Shown here one piece after another: positions 58,561 through 64,000 of a DNA stretch of 64,000 nt (position 1 is its first letter; each line of letters begins with the position of its first letter). The position numbers and the translations under genes are program-made. The DNA lies in assembly GCA_014728035.1 (NCBI GenBank), contig WJMJ01000078.1, forward strand, positions 96,001 through 160,000. Direction: 5' to 3'. Under the pieces are notes generated by a model. The model had not been told where the DNA came from. It was given only the letters and a program-made list of their open reading frames with translations, and did not search any database. The DNA is from Promethearchaeota archaeon. Lineage in GTDB: Archaea > Asgardarchaeota > Thorarchaeia > Thorarchaeales > Thorarchaeaceae.

Positions 58561-59739
58561 ATGTTAAATGAGCAAGGACTAAGTGAGGAGCAGGTTCTTT
58601 CCAGACTGAACAGCCTTCTAGAAAACGATGCGACATATAGAAGTGGACATCCTGTTGCCTCGATGTCAACCATTCCTCACTCGATTGGTTCAGAAGTGTT
58701 CTACAAGACTATGGAAAAAAATGCAGGACGTCTTCATACATTCAAAGGGTCTGCGCAAGTTGAATGTGAAGTCATTGCTATGATTGGGGAACTACTGAAT
58801 TTAGAAAATCCAGTTGGTTCAACCACCTCAGGAGGTACTGAATCAAATATCTTAGCAATGCTCTGTGCGCGAGAATCAAATAAAAAAATACAGGAACCAG
58901 AGATAATTGCGCCTCGAACAGTTCACTCCTCTGTCGATAAAGCAGCGTGGCTGCTTGGAATTAAGCTGGTAAAAACACCGATAGATAAGGAATTCAAAGC
59001 TAAACCAAAAGCAATACAGAAAAAAATTAACGAGAACACTATCGGTATTTTCACAACAGCTGGTACAACATACCTTGGACAAATAGACCCGATTGATAAG
59101 ATTGGAAAAATCGCACAAGATAATAGATTACACCTTCACGTTGATGCGGCTTTTGGAGGTTTTGTAATACCATTTCTTAGGGATTTAGGTATTAGTCACC
59201 ATCAATTTGCATTTGAAGTAGAGGGAGTGACAAGTGTTAGTTCAGATCCACATAAAATGGGACTTGCCCCAATCCCAGCTGGTAGTCTTATTTTTCGTTC
59301 GAAAAAATTTTTGAAAAAGATAACCAAGAAGATACCATATCTTCAGGGTGCAAGTGCTACACAATCGACAATTCTGGGCACACGCCCAGCAGGAGCTATC
59401 CTCGCAACTTGGGCAGTTATGAAACGACTTGGAAAGGAAGGGTATAGGCAAATGGTTCTACAGTGTATTGAAAACACACAAATTGCGCTCAATAGACTTG
59501 AGGATAATCCACTATTGAAACCAGCTATTAAACCAGTAATGAATATCATTGGGATAAAAAGTAATGAATTACCACTAGAATACATAGTGGAAAATATGGA
59601 GAAAAGAGGTTGGCGAATGGCAACTTCGCCCAAACCACATACTATGAGACTGGTATTAATGCCTCATGTGACTGTGGGAGCATTGAATGCATTTTTCAAT
59701 GATCTAGATCAGGTGTCAACAACAATTCCAGCTGACTAA
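58561..59739 (+). CDS. mfnA: Tyrosine/aspartate decarboxylase MfnA
   Basis: SGGTESN, HSSVDKA, AGTT..GQID, HVDAAFGG, DPHK, GTR. Confidence 0.92.
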   Translation: MLNEQGLSEEQVLSRLNSLLENDATYRSGHPVASMSTIPHSIGSEVFYKTMEKNAGRLHTFKGSAQVECEVIAMIGELLNLENPVGSTTSGGTESNILAMLCARESNKKIQEPEIIAPRTVHSSVDKAAWLLGIKLVKTPIDKEFKAKPKAIQKKINENTIGIFTTAGTTYLGQIDPIDKIGKIAQDNRLHLHVDAAFGGFVIPFLRDLGISHHQFAFEVEGVTSVSSDPHKMGLAPIPAGSLIFRSKKFLKKITKKIPYLQGASATQSTILGTRPAGAILATWAVMKRLGKEGYRQMVLQCIENTQIALNRLEDNPLLKPAIKPVMNIIGIKSNELPLEYIVENMEKRGWRMATSPKPHTMRLVLMPHVTVGALNAFFNDLDQVSTTIPAD

Positions 59740-60092
59740 GAGGAGGCACTTAGGTTTGAACGAAGGTCTTCTATTTCTTCTTCTAGATCAGATACTTTTT
59801 CAACCAAATCGAGCATCGTTTCTAACATGACAGAAATAAGCCTTCCAAAGTTCACAGCATAGCCATCCTCACGGTCTATCAATTCAGCTTCTTCAAGTCT
59901 TCTTGCTGCGTTAGTAACAGACTGCTTGGATAGTTTCCTCTCACCTACCAGTTTATTCACCATTTTACGAACATCTTTTGGAGCAATTGGCTCCCCCTTC
60001 AGAGGTTCTAACAAGCTGTATAGTACATGAATTCCGGCACTCATTCGAGGGTTCTTTAGCTTTGCAAATGCAAGCTCCAATTCATCTTTCAT
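59736..60092 (-). CDS. wHTH protein with C-terminal coiled coil
   Basis: LSKQSVTNAARRLEEAELI; heptad-repeat tail; probable ATG 60092. Confidence 0.65.
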   Translation of the reverse strand: MKDELELAFAKLKNPRMSAGIHVLYSLLEPLKGEPIAPKDVRKMVNKLVGERKLSKQSVTNAARRLEEAELIDREDGYAVNFGRLISVMLETMLDLVEKVSDLEEEIEDLRSNLSASS

Positions 60093-60320
60093 ATCTGTGG
60101 CATCCTTCCTCCAGACTTTGTGACAATAGACATTTGGTATATGAAAAACCTTCGTATCCACAAAGAATGAGTGGATACACAGTTTTGCAATTGACTCAGA
60201 CTAGATTGACACTGTACAAGAATAGCTTCTGCAAACTGTGATAAGAAAGCCAGTGTTACTCGAAGAACAATCATTCAATAAAGATGAAAAGCACTTGTAG
60301 TTCTCAGATATTGAGTATCA

Positions 60321-61010
60321 ATGCCAATTCATGACCTAAAACGAATCGTATTTGTCCCTGTTATTCATACCGATACCGAAAGTATCGAAAGAGCCAGACA
60401 GACTGTCAGAGATGTCAAACCTGATGTAGTAGCTGTAGAATTGGATAAAGAAAGGTATAACCAATTGATGAACCAAGACCTAGAAGAACATGACATGCCT
60501 ACTGAAATGTTTGGAGACCCTACACAAAATATGATGAATCAGATAGCTTTACTACTGAGAAGCTTTGGTCAGCAGACAGGAGCTGGTGTAGGTCAAGAGA
60601 TGCTCGCAGCTATTGAGGAAGGACGCTCAATTGGTTCTAAGATTGCCCTTGTGGATAGACCAATCCAAGAAACGATTTATGCTGTTTCACAGGTTCCTTT
60701 GGATGAGATATACAAAATCACTTACTCTGTTCCAGATGCTAATGAGGACCTCCAAAACATGGGAGCTCAAGGGTTTCTATCTATGCTAAAAGATAAAGAA
60801 ACTGTAGATGAGTTGCTCATAGAATTCAGAAAAGAACTTCCAAAGCTGGCAGAAGCTCTTATAGATCAAAGAGATGAATACGTAGCTACTGCACTTCATA
60901 CAATTCTCAATGATGTAGAGGGGAAAATAGTGGCAGTGCTTGGAGCAGGCCATATTGAAGGCGTGAAGCGAGCACTGCGTAAAAAACTCAGTTCTGATGC
61001 CGCAGCTTAG
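60321..61010 (+). CDS. TraB/PrgY/GumN family protein
   Basis: PDVVAVELD, EMLAA, VDRPI, RDEY, VLGAGHIEG. Confidence 0.9.
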   Translation: MPIHDLKRIVFVPVIHTDTESIERARQTVRDVKPDVVAVELDKERYNQLMNQDLEEHDMPTEMFGDPTQNMMNQIALLLRSFGQQTGAGVGQEMLAAIEEGRSIGSKIALVDRPIQETIYAVSQVPLDEIYKITYSVPDANEDLQNMGAQGFLSMLKDKETVDELLIEFRKELPKLAEALIDQRDEYVATALHTILNDVEGKIVAVLGAGHIEGVKRALRKKLSSDAAA

Positions 61011-61657
61011 AGACCCAGAGCTTCTAACAGCTTATCAATGCCTTCGCCCGTTTTTGAACTGACACTAAAGACTGGAATAGTCGCATCAACTTCACGAACA
61101 TCTTCAATTAATGAGGCAATATCAAACCCAATTGCTTCAGCAAGGTCTACCTTATTGATAACAACCATATCACTTCGCTTTATTGTCAATGGATGTTTCT
61201 TCACCATATATGGACCCTCAGTTACGCTGACTACAACTATCTTTTTATCAACACCCAAACTGTAACCAGCTGGACAGATTAGGTTTCCAACGTTTTCAAT
61301 AAACACTACTTGATATTTTGTAAGGTCTACTTCATCAAGTGCAACACGAATCATTCGTGCATCCAAATGGCAAGCTGTACCAGTATTGATTTGAACCGTA
61401 TCAACACCATGAGATGCAACACGATCAGCATCAATAGTCGTAGCAAGGTCTCCAGCAAACATCAAAATCTTGTATTTCTGTGATATTTTCTCACAGAGAG
61501 CCTCAATCAACTGCGTTTTGCCAGTTCCAACAGATCCCATTATATCAATTGCAATAATTCCATGTTTTTTGAATAAAGCAGCATTGAATGAAGCGGCATC
61601 TTCATTCGCTCCAAACAAATCTTTTCGGATATCAATGGATAAGGTCTTATCTGTCAT
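61007..61657 (-). CDS. hypB: Nickel-insertion GTPase HypB
   Basis: GSVGTGKT, TGTACHLDA, ENVGNLICP, SVTEG, NKVD. Confidence 0.93.
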   Translation of the reverse strand: MTDKTLSIDIRKDLFGANEDAASFNAALFKKHGIIAIDIMGSVGTGKTQLIEALCEKISQKYKILMFAGDLATTIDADRVASHGVDTVQINTGTACHLDARMIRVALDEVDLTKYQVVFIENVGNLICPAGYSLGVDKKIVVVSVTEGPYMVKKHPLTIKRSDMVVINKVDLAEAIGFDIASLIEDVREVDATIPVFSVSSKTGEGIDKLLEALGL

Positions 61658-62222
61658 CTTCTGATGCCTCAAGTAGTAGTTCTGATTCCTGCATATTAGG
61701 ATAGAGATAGTGGCCTAAGATGGGACGAATTATTTTTCGTTCTAGTACAACTGCAATAACTGCCCAGAAAAGTGCCTGTATCATGTCCATTAGAGCATAA
61801 AGGAAGGTAGTTTCAAAAGGAACTCCAACACCAGCAAACAGGGTCATGCTTGGTATAAATCCGCCAATAAGTCCACCACCTAAAATTGCAAGTAGGGCAT
61901 ATTTCAATCCATCTCGATTCTTTGTTATGTGAACGGCATAACCAGTTCCAAATCCGAGAGCCATATTACCAATAAGCGGAAGAAGAGGAATCTCTCCTCC
62001 AGCTATAGCTCCGCCTATTCCCACAATTGCTCCAACGAGAAGTCCTCCAGGAATTCCTCCGACAACGCCACCAAGTTCAGAAAAGAGAAAACCAGGTGTC
62101 AGCTCTAGAAGACCAGGAATTATTGGAATTCTAATAAATAATCTAACTACAATACCAAGGGCACCTAGAAATGCCAAAGTGACAATTCCAGATGTATTCT
62201 TTTCTAAAGGATATATACTCAT
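61647..62222 (-). CDS. ECF-type S-component-like membrane protein
   Basis: About 6 TM, Gly-rich, LAFLGAL...IPI N-terminal pattern. Confidence 0.6.
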   Translation of the reverse strand: MSIYPLEKNTSGIVTLAFLGALGIVVRLFIRIPIIPGLLELTPGFLFSELGGVVGGIPGGLLVGAIVGIGGAIAGGEIPLLPLIGNMALGFGTGYAVHITKNRDGLKYALLAILGGGLIGGFIPSMTLFAGVGVPFETTFLYALMDMIQALFWAVIAVVLERKIIRPILGHYLYPNMQESELLLEASEDDR

Positions 62223-62232
62223 TTTGTTTTCC

Positions 62233-62622
62233 TCAAGCAGTCGAGTATTCTTGTGACTGCTCCGGCCAGTTATTCAACAAGAAGTCTCTGGTCTTCTCGT
62301 AGAATTCTTTCAGTTTTCTAAGAATCTCGTCTCGAACCTCTTCGCTTGAGATTGCATGATACACATAGTATCTACCACCACGATCAAAGAATTTTGCTTC
62401 CCTCTTGACAAGATTCTTCTTTTTCAATCTTACAATGAATCGTTGTACTGTGCTACGATCCTTGCCAATAAGGTCTGCAATAGCTTCAACAGTTTTAGGA
62501 CCAGATAACAGAGCAAAGTATGCATCTAATTCTGTACTTTTCAAATCATATGCACAACATAACAAATCAGAGGGCCTCTCGAATCGTTTCTCAAAAAGTC
62601 CCGATAGAGGGTCACGAGTCAT
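62233..62622 (-). CDS. TrmB-like HTH transcriptional regulator
   Basis: LLCCAYDL, TVEAIADLIGKDRSTVQR, GGRYYVY. Confidence 0.85.
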   Translation of the reverse strand: MTRDPLSGLFEKRFERPSDLLCCAYDLKSTELDAYFALLSGPKTVEAIADLIGKDRSTVQRFIVRLKKKNLVKREAKFFDRGGRYYVYHAISSEEVRDEILRKLKEFYEKTRDFLLNNWPEQSQEYSTA

Positions 62623-62734
62623 AGTTCATCACAGATATTTTCGCCCCATACAAATTAAGGATTGTGCAAGTGACATGCACATTCCATAACATAATACAGC
62701 CCTTCAAAAGCCAAGAATGCATTCAATGAAATAG

Positions 62735-63196
62735 GTGCTACAAATGAACTTCGATGCATTTAGAGATGGACATGGTACAACCCCTTGGGAAAATCCAGAA
62801 CGTGGAGGTAGGCATCTTCAGTCCATTAATATCGCACCACTAAAAGGCGTTCTAGAGTCAGACCCGGTGAGATCAAAATTGCTGCGACTCCTAATAGATG
62901 ATGGAGGATGGGTCACCACTACAGACCTTCTAAAAGCTGGTAGACAGGTGAGGTCAATCATGGGAGCAGTTACAGTCGGAACCATATTAACTGGTCTGAA
63001 CGAACTAGTATCGTCACGACTTATTCTTAGTAGAACTTCTATGAATTCAGGGATAGACTGGGCAGAATGGAGAATCAATCCGGACTGGTTAGAACCAACT
63101 AGAAAATTAGTTCAAATGTTGAGTAGACCAAGAATACATACATCTGAGGCGGTCATTCACGAGAAAATACAACGCCGCTTATCAGATATGGAGTAA
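62735..63196 (+). CDS. Hypothetical protein (possible wHTH)
   Basis: VRSKLLRLL...TTTDL...WRINP. Confidence 0.6.
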   Translation: MLQMNFDAFRDGHGTTPWENPERGGRHLQSINIAPLKGVLESDPVRSKLLRLLIDDGGWVTTTDLLKAGRQVRSIMGAVTVGTILTGLNELVSSRLILSRTSMNSGIDWAEWRINPDWLEPTRKLVQMLSRPRIHTSEAVIHEKIQRRLSDME

Positions 63197-63277
63197 AAAT
63201 ATACTCAGTTATGAGTAATGTACTTGCATTGAGTAACATTCATAAGGAGCTTGATAACCACTATATCATGTTCTTGA

Positions 63278-63934
63278 ATGACAGTCTGGAGAAAAATTGG
63301 AATGAATGAAACAGTTCAGAAAATTGAAACGGACAATGACTCTGAAGACCAGATGGAATGGTTCGACAGCGTAAAACCAGGTATCGACAGCAAGAAAGTA
63401 GCAATTGCGGGGGTTTTTGCAGCGCTATCAATTGCATTTTCATTCATTGCTGAATATCTTCCACGACATCCTGGATGGGGAATCGCATATTTTGATCCGG
63501 TATCAATAATCTGGATTGTTTCATTTTTAATAGGAGGATTTTGGATTGGTTCGACTACAGCTATCGCTGGTACCCTAGGGCTCTTCATATTTGATCCAAC
63601 AGGTATTGGCCCAGTTTTCAAGTTTGCAGCAACCTATCCAATGATTCTTGTTCCATATCTTGGACTACTCGTTATAAAACAAGCAGATGACGGTTCTAAT
63701 CTCTCGCATTTAGGGAAGCTATCGGTTTTGATGTTCTTTGGATTGCTACTTAGACTGGCATTTATGATTCCAATGAACCTTCAAATTGTACCCTTATTTG
63801 TACCAGACCTAACTCCAGAGTATATTATTATTACAGTTATACTGCTTAACATTCTCCAGAGTGTTTGGGATACAATATTCCCATACCTAATAGTACACAA
63901 AACGGGTGTATTTGAGAATTACAGAATGTGGTGA
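63278..63934 (+). CDS. ECF transporter S-component
   Basis: SKKVAIAGVFAALS (AxxxA), FDPVSI, about 6 TM; true start probably downstream of 63278. Confidence 0.75.
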   Translation: MTVWRKIGMNETVQKIETDNDSEDQMEWFDSVKPGIDSKKVAIAGVFAALSIAFSFIAEYLPRHPGWGIAYFDPVSIIWIVSFLIGGFWIGSTTAIAGTLGLFIFDPTGIGPVFKFAATYPMILVPYLGLLVIKQADDGSNLSHLGKLSVLMFFGLLLRLAFMIPMNLQIVPLFVPDLTPEYIIITVILLNILQSVWDTIFPYLIVHKTGVFENYRMW

Positions 63935-64000
63935 AATCTAAGCCCTACTAACTGGTCGCGTGGTTTAGGAGGGACCTTTTCATCACAAACCGTTGTAGCC

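Noticed and set aside
63935-64000. GC-richer tail as a possible RNA gene end
   Set aside because: No recognisable 5S, SRP or RNase P motif; could be the 3' end of a minus-strand CDS cut by the window
1-64000. CRISPR arrays, transposases, integrases, rRNA, tRNA-Sec
   Set aside because: None recognised by eye in this window

Overview
Gene-dense archaeal chromosomal segment, most likely from an Asgard archaeon and plausibly Thorarchaeia. That assignment is an inference from four small GTPases, two roadblock proteins, a divergent EF-2 paralog, a Sec-containing SelD, archaeosine TGT, tetraether synthase and the archaeal PoK/PPS CoA pathway. I found no CRISPR array, rRNA or transposase. Core content: rtcB, selD, coaBC/PoK/PPS/panE, ileS, tes, tldD/E, a GGPP synthase, tgtA, hflX, mfnA, hypB, intron-containing tRNA-Gln(CTG) and tRNA-His(GTG). 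The ORF track truncates selD: the gene starts at 4386 and reads through an in-frame TGA (Sec), with a SECIS-like hairpin just after its own TGA stop. Best leads: (1) a divergent 10 kb module of three paralogous membrane-anchored DUF4350/GIFT-like proteins, two carrying phosphoesterase domains, facing an AfuA/FbpA-type ABC importer; (2) several unannotated structured intergenic RNAs with strand-specific G-U pairs (EF-2 paralog leader, CoA locus, tes-phzF spacer, tRNA-Gln/roadblock spacer); (3) a TTTGTCGA motif shared by the upstream regions of both ether-lipid genes and a GTPase-wHTH gene; (4) unusual small-GTPase architectures; (5) a metallophosphoesterase collapsed by an in-frame internal deletion. 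All family assignments come from motif recognition by eye; no database search was run.
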